Source of the DNA: an uncultured bacterium
GTDB lineage: Bacteria > Verrucomicrobiota > Kiritimatiellia > RFP12 > UBA1067
Direction: 5' to 3'
Length of the DNA stretch: 64,000 bases
Assembly: GCA_902801025.1 (NCBI GenBank)
Contig: CADCGZ010000008.1
Location: 10,684-74,683 of the forward strand
The notes beneath the pieces were generated by a model that was given only the letters and a program-made list of their open reading frames with translations, was not told where the DNA came from and ran no database searches. Below, piece by piece: positions 51,932 through 61,445 of the stretch (its first letter is position 1; each line of letters opens with the position of its first letter). The position numbers were made by a program, and so were the translations under genes.

Positions 51932-54289
51932 ATGCTGAAGAAGGTTGTCTATAACCTGCTGTTCGCCGTCGTCTATCCGTTTCTACTGCCTGGCTTTCTC
52001 GTCCGCATGCTGAGGCGCGGCGGATATGCCGCGAGAATGGGCGACAGGTTCGCCCTCTATCCAGACGAGGTGCTGCGCAAGTTCCGTGAAGGCGGTTTCG
52101 TCTGGATTCACGCCGTTTCCGTCGGCGAGGTCCAGGTCGCGGGTCAGCTGATGCGCGAGTGGCGAAAGGTCGAGCCAGGCGTCAAGTTCGCCTTTTCAAC
52201 GACGAGTTCCACCGGCTGGAAGATGGCCGAGAAGGAAATCTCCGAGCGAGACGTCCTCATTTACAATCCGCTCGACTTCCCGAATTTCGTCAAGAGCGCG
52301 CTTAAGACCGTCCGCCCACGTGCGGTAGTCCTCACCGAGAGCGAGATCTGGCCCAACTTCATCTGGACGGCGCAACGCTACCGCATACCTGTCTTTCTCG
52401 TCAACGCACGAGTAAGCGACCGCAGCGCGCCGCGCTACAGGGCCGCCCGCTGGTTCTTCGGCGACGTCCTCGCGTCGTTCGCCCGCATCTTCGCGCAGTC
52501 CGATCTCGACGCGACACGCCTTGTCGCCGCCGGCGCTCCTGAAAGAATCGTCGAGGTGACTGGAAGCTTCAAGTTCGACGTCGCCCACAGGAACGAGGCG
52601 AAGGAGCGGGAACTCAGGGAATGGATCGGCCCCGGCAGGATTCTTCTCGGCGGCTCGACTTGGCCTGGCGAGGACGAGGCGCTTCTACGCATCTATTCCG
52701 ACATTGCCAAGTCGCAGGGCGGTGTGTCACAAGTCAAGCTCGTTATCGCTCCGCGCCACTTCGAGAAGGCCGATGCAGTAGAAGAGAACATAAAATCCGC
52801 CGGCTTTTCGTGCGTCCGTCGCAGCATAAAAGACTCGCCCACTCATCCACTCGCCAACTCCTCCACTCCCGTCTACCTCGCCGACACGACGGGTGAGCTG
52901 ATGGGGCTCTACGGAATCGCCGACGTCGTGTTCGTCGGAAAGTCCCTCTGCGCCCACGGAAGCCAGAACATGATAGAGCCGTGTCTCTGCGGCAAGCCGA
53001 CGGCCGTCGGTCCCTACACCGAGAACTTCCGCCCCGTGATGAGCGATCTTCTCGCGGCCGACGCGATACGACAGGTGAAGGACGAAAGCGAGCTTGGCGA
53101 ATTCGTGAAAAGCTCTTTCGCCGACGACAGCGGGCTTGGCGCACGTGCGGCGGCGGCAGTCAAGCGTCGCAAGGGCGTCGTCCCGAAGTGCGTCGAGACG
53201 ATACGCCGCGCCCTTGCCTGCGTCGCGCTTCTTCTCGCCATAGCGGGCTGCTGGGAAGGTGGCGACGATGCCAAGAAGCCGGCAGCCGAGCCGGAAGAAA
53301 GCACGTTTCGCCCCGTCAAGATCACTACCGCCTGCATTGCCGCCATCGAGAAGCCCACTGCTACGCGAGTGCTGCTCGCAGACGTCAAGGCCGAGACGTT
53401 CAGGCCGTTCCTCTCGTCGTTTGGCGTCATCTGCGTCTCAAACGAAGAGGCGGCGGCGGAAGCGAAGTTCGACATCGTCTTTCTTGCCGGCAGGGCGGAT
53501 TCCAAGAAACTGTCAGTCGCCCTTGAGCGAACAGGTGAGACTGGTATCCTGGCGTGGCGCCTTGCAGTCAAGGACATGAGCACCGCGGACTTCAAGGCGG
53601 CCGTCGAGTCGTTCCCGTGCGAGTCAGCGCATCTTTGGATGCCGAGCGCGGAGGAATGGGTTTTCGTCGGCCGCCGCATGCCGCGAAAGATAAAGCTCGA
53701 CGCGATGATGGACGTCTTTTCGCGCGAAGTGGCGTTCGAGGTTCTTGCCGAGGCCAAGGCGACTGCGCTCTCCGACGTGTTTGCAAGCTATGTCGGCGAT
53801 TTCACAGACATTGCAGGGGCCTTTGCGACGACGAACCTTTCTGTCACCGTGCGTCCGGAGTTTTTCGTGACGAAGGACATCCCGTCGCTCGACTGGGTGA
53901 CACGTGGCGACGTTGACGAGGACATCTACAAGGCGACTCTCGCCGAGATACGTTCTATGCAGGTCGTGCGCCGACTTGTGATAGAGGGCGATCTTATTGC
54001 AGCCGAGGGCAAGGCGGACGAAGCCACCGAAGTGTGGGCGCGCGCCATGCTCAGGAATCCGCGCGACCCAATGCTGCTTGACCGCCTCGACCGCCTCTCG
54101 CGCAACGCCACGACGCTTCTCAGCGTCGGCAACGTCGCTGCGGCGGCGAAATGCTACGAGACAATGGTTGTCATAAACCCGACGGATGCGTCGGCTGTGT
54201 TAAACTACGGCATGTGCCTTCGACGCCTCGGCAAGAAGGAGATGTCCGAACAAGTGCTCAAACGAGCAGGGGAGCTAAGGAAAAGATGA
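51932..54289 (+). CDS. waaA: 3-deoxy-D-manno-octulosonic acid (Kdo) transferase fused to a ~350-aa C-terminal domain
   Basis: Aa 1-~425 match WaaA/KdtA (VWIHAVSVGEVQVAGQLM, STTSSTGW, LTESEIWPN, LADTTGELMGLY). Aa 427-441 form a hydrophobic lipobox-like segment (LACVALLLAIAGC). The remaining ~345 aa are unrecognised, with a TPR-like end. Confidence 0.8.
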   Translation: MLKKVVYNLLFAVVYPFLLPGFLVRMLRRGGYAARMGDRFALYPDEVLRKFREGGFVWIHAVSVGEVQVAGQLMREWRKVEPGVKFAFSTTSSTGWKMAEKEISERDVLIYNPLDFPNFVKSALKTVRPRAVVLTESEIWPNFIWTAQRYRIPVFLVNARVSDRSAPRYRAARWFFGDVLASFARIFAQSDLDATRLVAAGAPERIVEVTGSFKFDVAHRNEAKERELREWIGPGRILLGGSTWPGEDEALLRIYSDIAKSQGGVSQVKLVIAPRHFEKADAVEENIKSAGFSCVRRSIKDSPTHPLANSSTPVYLADTTGELMGLYGIADVVFVGKSLCAHGSQNMIEPCLCGKPTAVGPYTENFRPVMSDLLAADAIRQVKDESELGEFVKSSFADDSGLGARAAAAVKRRKGVVPKCVETIRRALACVALLLAIAGCWEGGDDAKKPAAEPEESTFRPVKITTACIAAIEKPTATRVLLADVKAETFRPFLSSFGVICVSNEEAAAEAKFDIVFLAGRADSKKLSVALERTGETGILAWRLAVKDMSTADFKAAVESFPCESAHLWMPSAEEWVFVGRRMPRKIKLDAMMDVFSREVAFEVLAEAKATALSDVFASYVGDFTDIAGAFATTNLSVTVRPEFFVTKDIPSLDWVTRGDVDEDIYKATLAEIRSMQVVRRLVIEGDLIAAEGKADEATEVWARAMLRNPRDPMLLDRLDRLSRNATTLLSVGNVAAAAKCYETMVVINPTDASAVLNYGMCLRRLGKKEMSEQVLKRAGELRKR

Positions 54290-54966
54290 AAAAGACAATA
54301 ATGACATTGTCAATGCTCGCGTTTGCGGGCTGCTTCACCATATTCGAGAGCGACTATCCCGCAGTCGAAATGGCCGCTGCCGGCAACGCCGACGTCAAGG
54401 TACAGCTTTCGGGCTTCGAGGCGGCTGTCACGACATACGAAGTCATCTATGGGTACGAGACGGCCTACCGCTACCACTACGGCTACCGCCGCCACTACGG
54501 CTACTGGGGACCTTCGACCGTGATGACCGAGACATATGTCCCCCAGACAAGGGCGACGTCGGCCTTCATCGACCGCGCTACGGAAATCCTCGAGCTCAAC
54601 GGATTCAACACGAAGACCGACAAGCCGGAATACCGCGTCGAGGTGAAGTTCGACGGGCCTTTCGTGAGCGACGGAGAGCGCGCAGCCGAGGCCGCCTGGA
54701 CAATCTTCTCCCTCCTTACGGCGGACTATGGCGTCAATACGTGGACTGCGAAGCTGAAGGTGTATGAAGTCGCCACAGGCAAGCTTCTCATGCACTGCGA
54801 CTATTCCGAGCGCTATTCCGCCCTCGTCTGGGGCCCGATCCCGCTGTTCAGCCCCGCCGGTTCCGATAAGACGTCCGTAAGCTCGATGCAGCGCTGGTGC
54901 CTTATGGCGCTCACAGACCGCGCGATGGCCGACGCCACGGCGTTTCTATCCTCTGTCGGAAAATGA
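54286..54966 (+). CDS. hypothetical lipoprotein with Tyr/Arg/His-rich segment
   Basis: ATGA overlap with waaA. Lipobox LAFAGC. YRYHYGYRRHYGYWG segment. No family recognised. Confidence 0.65.
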   Translation: MKKTIMTLSMLAFAGCFTIFESDYPAVEMAAAGNADVKVQLSGFEAAVTTYEVIYGYETAYRYHYGYRRHYGYWGPSTVMTETYVPQTRATSAFIDRATEILELNGFNTKTDKPEYRVEVKFDGPFVSDGERAAEAAWTIFSLLTADYGVNTWTAKLKVYEVATGKLLMHCDYSERYSALVWGPIPLFSPAGSDKTSVSSMQRWCLMALTDRAMADATAFLSSVGK

Positions 54967-54990
54967 CGGTTGTCGCAGATAGTCAATAAG

Positions 54991-54999
54991 TGGTATAAT
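54991..54999 (+). promoter_or_regulatory. candidate extended -10 (TGGTATAAT) for the pseudopilin operon
   Basis: TATAAT at 54994-54999. A short leader with AGGAGG precedes ATG 55020. Confidence 0.5.
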
Positions 55000-55019
55000 A
55001 TCCGTCAACAGGAGGAAAC

Positions 55020-55451
55020 ATGAAAAAAGAAGAGACAATTGCAGTTTCGGCGATGCGCGCCGGCTTCACGCTCGTGGAGCTTCTGGTCGTTGTCGCAATC
55101 ATCGGCATTCTCGGCACGATAGCCATTCAAAACGTGAAGGCGAACATCGACAAGACGAACGAGACGGCGGCCCGTGCGACTGTGCAGAGCGTTTCCGAGG
55201 CAGTCACCTCGTATTACATCGGGAAGAAGAAGATGCCTACGTCCCTCAACCAGCTTGTCGAGGGCTCGGACGACGATCCGCCCATCCTCGAAGGCGGCGA
55301 GGGCGCGTTGGAAGATCCGTGGGGCAACGAGCTCAAATACGAGATCAAGGGCAAGCGCTATGTAGTGATCTCGGCCGGTGCCGACGGCGAATTCGGCACC
55401 GAAGACGACATCCGCAGCGACAAGAAGGGCTCGTCCAAGTCCGGCAACTGA
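55020..55451 (+). CDS. gspG: type II secretion major pseudopilin
   Basis: Prepilin leader ending G|FTLVELLVVVAIIGIL. GspG body ..ARATVQSVSEAV..PTSLNQLVEG..DPWGNELKYE. AGGAGG 7 nt upstream. Confidence 0.85.
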   Translation: MKKEETIAVSAMRAGFTLVELLVVVAIIGILGTIAIQNVKANIDKTNETAARATVQSVSEAVTSYYIGKKKMPTSLNQLVEGSDDDPPILEGGEGALEDPWGNELKYEIKGKRYVVISAGADGEFGTEDDIRSDKKGSSKSGN

Positions 55452-55471
55452 CGGCCTGGCGTGAACGGCCT

Positions 55472-56269
55472 ATGGCGCGCAGGGCCTTTACCCTGATCGA
55501 GCTTCTCGTAATCGTCGCCATTATGGCGACGATGGTCACGGTCAGCGTCGTGAGCATCCGCGCCGGCCAGAGCACGGCGCGGATCAAGGGCGCGACGCGC
55601 AACGTTATGGCGGCGATACGCAACGCGCGCTCCAGGGCGCTTGTGATGATGCAGCCGGCCATCGTTACGTACTCCACGACGACTATCGACGACGAGGTCT
55701 GCGCGCAGATAGAGGTCGAGGGTGCGAAGTTCACCGCTTCGCAGAATCCTAACGACGTCGTCGAGACCCTTTCTGGGGAGCCGGTCCACCGCGACGGGAC
55801 GCCTGTCAAGCGCAATGCCAAGGGCGCGACGGAGGAGGGTGAGCCGCTTCTTTCCGAAGACAGCGGGCAGACGGTGGAGGACATACTTTTCTCGCCTATA
55901 TCGACGGAAGTCGTGCGCGGCGTTCGCATCAAGGTCGCGGTAGGCGACGAACTCGTCGAGTTCGCGGAGCAGGAGGAGAAGAGCGCCAACAAGATATCGG
56001 TCTTCTCGAACGTCGACTATCTCCTCGGCAAGTACAAGGAGCAGAAGCAGCAGGAGAAGAAGAAGCCGGAGGAAGAGACCTCTTCCACGTCCTCCGCATC
56101 GTCGCCAAGCCAGGAAACGCAGGAGCCCGTGCGAATAGTCTGGGAGGCGAACGGCAGGTGCGATCCGCACCGCGTCTGGGTGTATCTCGACGGCTCCACG
56201 CCGGACAAGGGGCTCTGCATAAAAGTCGACCATTTTGGCGCGGCAAAGGTGGTGTCGGATGAGGATTGA
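55472..56269 (+). CDS. GspH-like minor pseudopilin with acidic/Ser-rich insertion
   Basis: MARRA|FTLIELLVIVAI prepilin-type N-terminus and ..ATRNVMAAIRNARSRAL block. The tracked 55319 start lies inside gspG. Confidence 0.6.
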   Translation: MARRAFTLIELLVIVAIMATMVTVSVVSIRAGQSTARIKGATRNVMAAIRNARSRALVMMQPAIVTYSTTTIDDEVCAQIEVEGAKFTASQNPNDVVETLSGEPVHRDGTPVKRNAKGATEEGEPLLSEDSGQTVEDILFSPISTEVVRGVRIKVAVGDELVEFAEQEEKSANKISVFSNVDYLLGKYKEQKQQEKKKPEEETSSTSSASSPSQETQEPVRIVWEANGRCDPHRVWVYLDGSTPDKGLCIKVDHFGAAKVVSDED

Positions 56270-56732
56270 CGCCATGCGCAGTGGATTCACGTTGCTTGAA
56301 GTCCTTCTTGCCGCGATAATCCTCGGCACGGGGCTTGCGGCGATACTCGTGTCGATGTCGCAAAGCCAGAAGATGATGCTTTCCTCGTCTTCGCTTGAGA
56401 CGGCGCAGGAGGTCATGGACCTCGGCGAAATGGCGTATCCGCTCGCCGACGTCCAGGACCCGGACCAGGATCTCGACGTCAAGGAGACGAAGGCGAGCGA
56501 ACTCTGGGACATAGTCGCCGGCTCGCACGGCCCGAAGATGACGCGCGAGCAGGCGGAGAAGTTCCACAACTACACGTGGGAGCGCGTCGCCCTCAACCGC
56601 AAGGACAAGGAAGAGGACATAAAGCGGCTCGGCAACCTATACACCGTGCGCATTATAGTTCGCTGGGGCAACTCGAGGCGCGGAGAGACTGACGAGGAGA
56701 GCTACGTGACGTTCTGGAGGAAAAAGGAATGA
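56259..56732 (+). CDS. GspI-like minor pseudopilin
   Basis: MRSG|FTLLEVLLAAIILG prepilin-type N-terminus. Size ~155 aa. The start is 56259 or 56274. Confidence 0.55.
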   Translation: MRIDAMRSGFTLLEVLLAAIILGTGLAAILVSMSQSQKMMLSSSSLETAQEVMDLGEMAYPLADVQDPDQDLDVKETKASELWDIVAGSHGPKMTREQAEKFHNYTWERVALNRKDKEEDIKRLGNLYTVRIIVRWGNSRRGETDEESYVTFWRKKE

Positions 56733-57727
56733 GGCGCGCCTTTACCCTTGTCGAACTCCTTCTCGCCGTCGTCCTTCTCGGCGTCATCACCGTGCTTACG
56801 ATGATGACGTTCAATTCGGTGACCCACGGATGGCAGATTTCAACCGACTACCTCGACAAGATGCAGCGCACCGACTTCGCGCTCAACCAGGTCGTCTCAG
56901 GCCTGAGGAGCCTCTACTATCCCCATAGCGGCGAGCAGAGCTACGACTACGGCTTTTACCTCACGGACAATGGAGACGGAGAGGACCCAGACCGCTCGGA
57001 CGTGATAGAGTGGTCGAAACGCGGCTCCGCGATAGTCGGCTCGAAGAGCGCCGCAGCCGACACCGTGCACCGCGTACAGCTCATGGTGCTCGAGGAGGGC
57101 AACCACGACTATATGGAGCCGATTGAGGTGACCGGGCTCTACGCCCGCCACTGCCCCGACGTCACGCTCAGGCCCAAGGACAACCGCGACGACATAGACT
57201 TCTCCTTCGCCAACGACGAGATGTACCAGCCGGTGCTGATAGCGGACGGGATCGTCGGCTTCAACTGCCGTGTTCTCCCGTCGGATGAAAAGGTCGAAGC
57301 CGAGCACGATGAATCGCTTTTCGAGGACAAGTGGGACACGTCGAACGCGGTGCCCTACAAGGTCGAACTGACGTTCTACCTCGCAGATCCCGAGGGCCGC
57401 GCCTATCGCTCGAACACGGCCCCGATCATGCGGATAGTCCGCATACCTCTCTACGAGCAGGGCAAGGACGGCGCTGCACCTCCATCAGAGAAGGCCGCGC
57501 GCGAAAGTGGCGGCGCTAGGCGCGGTGCATCGGGCGGGTCTGGACGCACGAGCGGCGGCTCGGGCGGCACTCGTCCCGGCAGTGGAGGCCAACCAGGTGG
57601 CGGAGGCCAACCTGGTGGTGGAGGTCAACCAGGTGGCGGTTCCGCCGGAGGCGGGGGCTTCAGGCCTGGTGGCGATGGAATGCGTCCTGGAGGCGGCCCT
57701 CCGCCTCCGGGGGGAGGCATGCCATGA
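56729..57727 (+). CDS. GspJ-like minor pseudopilin with Gly/Pro-rich C-terminal tail
   Basis: ATGA overlap. MRRA|FTLVELLLAVVLLG. Its position after the I-like gene fits GspJ. The tail carries (GGQPGG)x3. Confidence 0.6.
   Translation: MRRAFTLVELLLAVVLLGVITVLTMMTFNSVTHGWQISTDYLDKMQRTDFALNQVVSGLRSLYYPHSGEQSYDYGFYLTDNGDGEDPDRSDVIEWSKRGSAIVGSKSAAADTVHRVQLMVLEEGNHDYMEPIEVTGLYARHCPDVTLRPKDNRDDIDFSFANDEMYQPVLIADGIVGFNCRVLPSDEKVEAEHDESLFEDKWDTSNAVPYKVELTFYLADPEGRAYRSNTAPIMRIVRIPLYEQGKDGAAPPSEKAARESGGARRGASGGSGRTSGGSGGTRPGSGGQPGGGGQPGGGGQPGGGSAGGGGFRPGGDGMRPGGGPPPPGGGMP
57584..57637 (+). repeat. 3 tandem 18-nt units encoding (GGQPGG)x3
   Basis: GGAGGCCAACCAGGTGGC / GGAGGCCAACCTGGTGGT / GGAGGTCAACCAGGTGGC, in the GspJ-like tail. 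Confidence 0.9.
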
Positions 57728-58965
57728 GACGTGCTAGCGCACTGTTGATGGCGCTGTGGGTGATCGCCGTCCTGTCGATCATGGTTTTGTCATTTGCGTA
57801 CGAAGCGCGTCAACAGACGGGCATAAACGTCTACGTGCGCGAGCGCAACCGCGTCAACCGCCTTGTCGATGCTGGGCGGATACTTGCAGAAGTCGTAATA
57901 GCCGACTACGCAAACGCCTCGGAATGGGCGGAGGACGAAGACACCGACACTCTCTTCGAGGACGACCGTTGGTACAAGGAGAAACGCGCGCTTAAGGACG
58001 GCCGTCCCTGCGTCATTGGTCCGATTCTCGTCGACGAGGAAAATCCCGATTCCGGGACGGTCAAGGTCGACATCAGGATTACGCGCGGGCTCAACATCAA
58101 CGAACTTACGCCGAACAGCGACCAGAACTGGCGGCTCAGGTGGGAGATGATCTTCAAGAGCCATGGGATCCCCGAGGACTACGAAGTCGAGGCCTACGAC
58201 TCGCAGCACCATTCGCGCAGCAAGTTCAAGCTGATCAATCTCCTCATTGCGAGCTTCGCGGACTGGGTCGACGCTGACGACAATGCGACTTCCATGGACG
58301 ACGAGGACTGCGGGGCCGAATCCAGCTGGTACGAAGAGGAATACGAAGACAACAATGTGGATGACGAATTCAAGCGCTATCCGCGCAACGGCGCGATTCC
58401 CGACATAAAGGAGCTCTCCTACATCCGCGGGTTCCGCGACTTCCCCGTCGTGCTGACAGGCGGCACGCTGAACCCCGAAGACGACCCGAAGGACCAGATA
58501 CACGTCCGCGGCATAGCCGACATGTTCAACACGCTCGGGAGTGCCAAGGTCTACATCAACGACTGCACGCGCGACGAACTCATGACCGTGCCCGGCATTT
58601 TCGACGAGGAAGACGAGGAGGATCTCGAGAAGAGCACGGAGAACATCGACGCGATTCTCGGCGCGATGAGCGAGGAGCCGGACTACGACGTCGACGAGTC
58701 GCTTGAGTGGTGGCAGTACAAGGACTTCGCCGATCTCCAGCAGCGCGTCTTGGACTACGGCGGCAACAATGCGCAGATCGGCACCGAGGCGAACAACTAT
58801 CTTCTCTTCAAGCCGGACGACACAACGATCTTCGAAATCACGATCGAATGCGAATCTATGGGGATGTCGCGTTCGGTCAAGGCAAAGGCGTACTTGAAGG
58901 ACAAGGACGTCCGCTACGTTGAATGGGAGGAAGATCCCGTCGGCGACAGGAAGGACATGCAATGA
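57724..58965 (+). CDS. gspK: GspK-like minor pseudopilin
   Basis: ATGA overlap. Non-cleavable-type N-terminus ALLMALWVIAVLSIMVLSF. Its large size and last position in the G-H-I-J-K order fit GspK. Confidence 0.65.
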   Translation: MRRASALLMALWVIAVLSIMVLSFAYEARQQTGINVYVRERNRVNRLVDAGRILAEVVIADYANASEWAEDEDTDTLFEDDRWYKEKRALKDGRPCVIGPILVDEENPDSGTVKVDIRITRGLNINELTPNSDQNWRLRWEMIFKSHGIPEDYEVEAYDSQHHSRSKFKLINLLIASFADWVDADDNATSMDDEDCGAESSWYEEEYEDNNVDDEFKRYPRNGAIPDIKELSYIRGFRDFPVVLTGGTLNPEDDPKDQIHVRGIADMFNTLGSAKVYINDCTRDELMTVPGIFDEEDEEDLEKSTENIDAILGAMSEEPDYDVDESLEWWQYKDFADLQQRVLDYGGNNAQIGTEANNYLLFKPDDTTIFEITIECESMGMSRSVKAKAYLKDKDVRYVEWEEDPVGDRKDMQ

Positions 58966-59837
58966 CGATGCGGATAGACGGAAAGGAACTTGCGCGCGGC
59001 CTGCGCGCCGAAATCGCGGCCGGAGTTGCCGCGCTGAAGGCGGAGAAGGGCGTGACGCCCGGACTCGCCGTCATACTCGTCGGCGACAATCCCGCGAGCG
59101 TGAGCTACGTTACCGCGAAGGGAAAGGCATGCGCCGAGGCGGGGATGCTCTCGCGCGAGATTCGGCTTCCCGCCGAGACGACCGAGGACGAGCTTGTCGC
59201 GCTCGTGAAGAAGCTCAATTGCGACCCCGAGATACACGGCATCCTCGTGCAGCTGCCCGTTCCGAAGCACATACGCGACAAGGCGGTCATCGACGCGATT
59301 GCGCCCGAGAAGGACGTCGACGGCTTTACGCCAATCAACGTCGGCAAGATGATGATCGGCGAAGAATGTTTCCTCCCTTGCACGCCCCACGGCATAGTCA
59401 AGCTGATAGAGTTCTCGGGAATGGACATTCGCGGCAAGCACGCCGTCGTGATCGGACGAAGCAACATCGTCGGCAAGCCCGTCGCCGCGCTTCTTGCCCG
59501 CAAGGAGACGAATGCGACCGTAACCCTCTGCCACACGGGAACGCCCGACGTCGGGCACTTCACCCGCGACGCAGACATCGTCGTCGTCGCGGCAGGGCGG
59601 CCAAACACGCTTACCGGTGACATGCTTAAAGAAGGCGCCGTAGTGATCGACGTGGGCGTGAACAGGATTCCCGATCCCACGAAGCCGAAGGGGTTCCGTC
59701 TCGTTGGCGACGCAGATTTCGAGAGCTGCTCCAAGGTTGCAGGCGCAATTACTCCAGTTCCAGGCGGCGTCGGTCCCATGACGATAACGATGCTTCTCTG
59801 GAACACACTTGAAAGCGCCCGCCGCGTCGCAAAGTAG
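58962..59837 (+). CDS. folD: bifunctional methylenetetrahydrofolate dehydrogenase/cyclohydrolase
   Basis: ATGA overlap with the gspK-like gene. PGLAVILVGDNPASVSYV, GILVQLPVPKHI, VVIGRSNIVGKP, PVPGGVGPMT blocks. Confidence 0.95.
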   Translation: MTMRIDGKELARGLRAEIAAGVAALKAEKGVTPGLAVILVGDNPASVSYVTAKGKACAEAGMLSREIRLPAETTEDELVALVKKLNCDPEIHGILVQLPVPKHIRDKAVIDAIAPEKDVDGFTPINVGKMMIGEECFLPCTPHGIVKLIEFSGMDIRGKHAVVIGRSNIVGKPVAALLARKETNATVTLCHTGTPDVGHFTRDADIVVVAAGRPNTLTGDMLKEGAVVIDVGVNRIPDPTKPKGFRLVGDADFESCSKVAGAITPVPGGVGPMTITMLLWNTLESARRVAK

Positions 59838-59904
59838 TCGTTCTCGCTGTTACACGGCACCAATTATAGCAGACTTCACCATTGCGGAGTCGCGCGGAAA
59901 AGAG

Positions 59905-59910
59905 TATAAT
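59905..59910 (+). promoter_or_regulatory. candidate -10 (TATAAT) upstream of guaB
   Basis: GAGTATAATGTCC sits in the 111-nt folD-guaB gap. A leader with GAGGTG precedes ATG 59949. Confidence 0.4.
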
Positions 59911-59948
59911 GTCCGTAAAAAGGACGCTTGCGCCCGTGTGAGGTGAAT

Positions 59949-61445
59949 ATGAACAAGTATCTTGACAATTTCATGAAGACCTTCCCGTACGAGGGTCTTA
60001 CTTACGACGACGTGACGCTTGTCACGCAATATGCCGACTTCCTTCCAGACGACGCGTCGCTCGTGACAAAGCTTACGAGCCGCACGACGATGAAGATTCC
60101 ATTCATCTCGGCCGCAATGGACACGGTGACCGAGGCGCCCATGGCGATTGCGATGGCGATTGCGGGCGGCATCGGCGTCATCCACAAGAATCTCGAGGAA
60201 GACGACCAGGCGAAGGAAGTCGCGAAGGTGAAGAACTACCTGAACGGCATGATAGCGAAGCCGATCTGCTTCCACGCCAACGACGACATCTCCTTCCTCC
60301 GCTCGGAGAAGAAGCGCATGGGGCTCAAGTTCAACGGCTTCCCCGTACTCGACTCGAACGACCGCCTCGTCGGGATGATCACCTCGTCCGACATGCGCTT
60401 CGCGCCGATGGAGGCGAAGAAGCTCAAGGACGTCATGCAGCCCGCGCCGATCACGTCAAAACCCGGCACCTCCCTCAAGAAGGCATACGATCTGATGCGC
60501 GCTGCGAAAGTCGGCAAGCTTCCCCTCGTCGACAAGGACGGCCGCGTCGTTGGGCTCTACAGCTTCACGGACGTCGCGCGCATCATAGAGAACCCGAACG
60601 CAGCCTACAACTGCGACGACAAGTTCCGTCTCAGGGTCTCGGCGTCGGTTTCCGGCGGGAAGGGCGACCTTACGCGCATGGAGAAGCTCGCGGACGCTGG
60701 CGTCGACTGCGTTGTAGTCGATTCCGCGCACGGCCACTCCAAGGGCATCATGGAGATGACGAAGTACATCGTGAAGCACTTCCCGAAGGTAGACGTCATC
60801 GCCGGCAACATCGCGACGGGCGAGGCCGCAAAGGCGCTCGCAAAGTGCGGCGCTCATGCCGTCAAGGTCGGCATCGGGCCTGGCTCGATCTGCACTACTC
60901 GCGTCGTCTGCGGCGTCGGCATCCCGCAGCTCACCGCCGTCTACAGCGCGGCAAAGGCACTTCGCGGCACGGGCGTCGCCGTTATTGCCGACGGAGGTAT
61001 CAAGCTCTCGGGCGACGTCCCGAAGGCGCTTGCCGCAGGTGCGGATTCTGTGATGCTTGGCTCTGTCCTCGCAGGCACCGAGGAGAGCCCGGGCGAGAAG
61101 ATCTACTCCAACGGCCGCCAGTACGTCGTCTACCGCGGCATGGGCTCTATGGCCGCGCTCAAGAACGGCAAGGGCTCTCGTGCGCGCTACTTCCAGGACA
61201 ACGAGGCGGAGGACGATCTCGTGCCGCAGGGCATCGAGGGCATGGTTCCCTACTCAGGCCGCGTGAAGTCGATCATGACGCAGTTCTGCGGCGGGCTCAA
61301 GGCGTCGCTCGGCTACTGCGGCACCAAGACGATCGCAGAGCTTCAAGAGCGCGGCAAGTTCTATCGCGTGACCGCAGCTGGACAGCGCGAGGCGAGGCCG
61401 CACGACATCACCATCACCAAGGAAGCTCCCAACTACCGCACATGA
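59949..61445 (+). CDS. guaB: IMP dehydrogenase
   Basis: GLTYDDV N-terminus, a CBS pair, the [11 protein letters not shown] catalytic loop and [14 protein letters not shown] upstream of ATG 59949. Confidence 0.95.
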   Translation: MNKYLDNFMKTFPYEGLTYDDVTLVTQYADFLPDDASLVTKLTSRTTMKIPFISAAMDTVTEAPMAIAMAIAGGIGVIHKNLEEDDQAKEVAKVKNYLNGMIAKPICFHANDDISFLRSEKKRMGLKFNGFPVLDSNDRLVGMITSSDMRFAPMEAKKLKDVMQPAPITSKPGTSLKKAYDLMRAAKVGKLPLVDKDGRVVGLYSFTDVARIIENPNAAYNCDDKFRLRVSASVSGGKGDLTRMEKLADAGVDCVVVDSAHGHSKGIMEMTKYIVKHFPKVDVIAGNIATGEAAKALAKCGAHAVKVGIGPGSICTTRVVCGVGIPQLTAVYSAAKALRGTGVAVIADGGIKLSGDVPKALAAGADSVMLGSVLAGTEESPGEKIYSNGRQYVVYRGMGSMAALKNGKGSRARYFQDNEAEDDLVPQGIEGMVPYSGRVKSIMTQFCGGLKASLGYCGTKTIAELQERGKFYRVTAAGQREARPHDITITKEAPNYRT

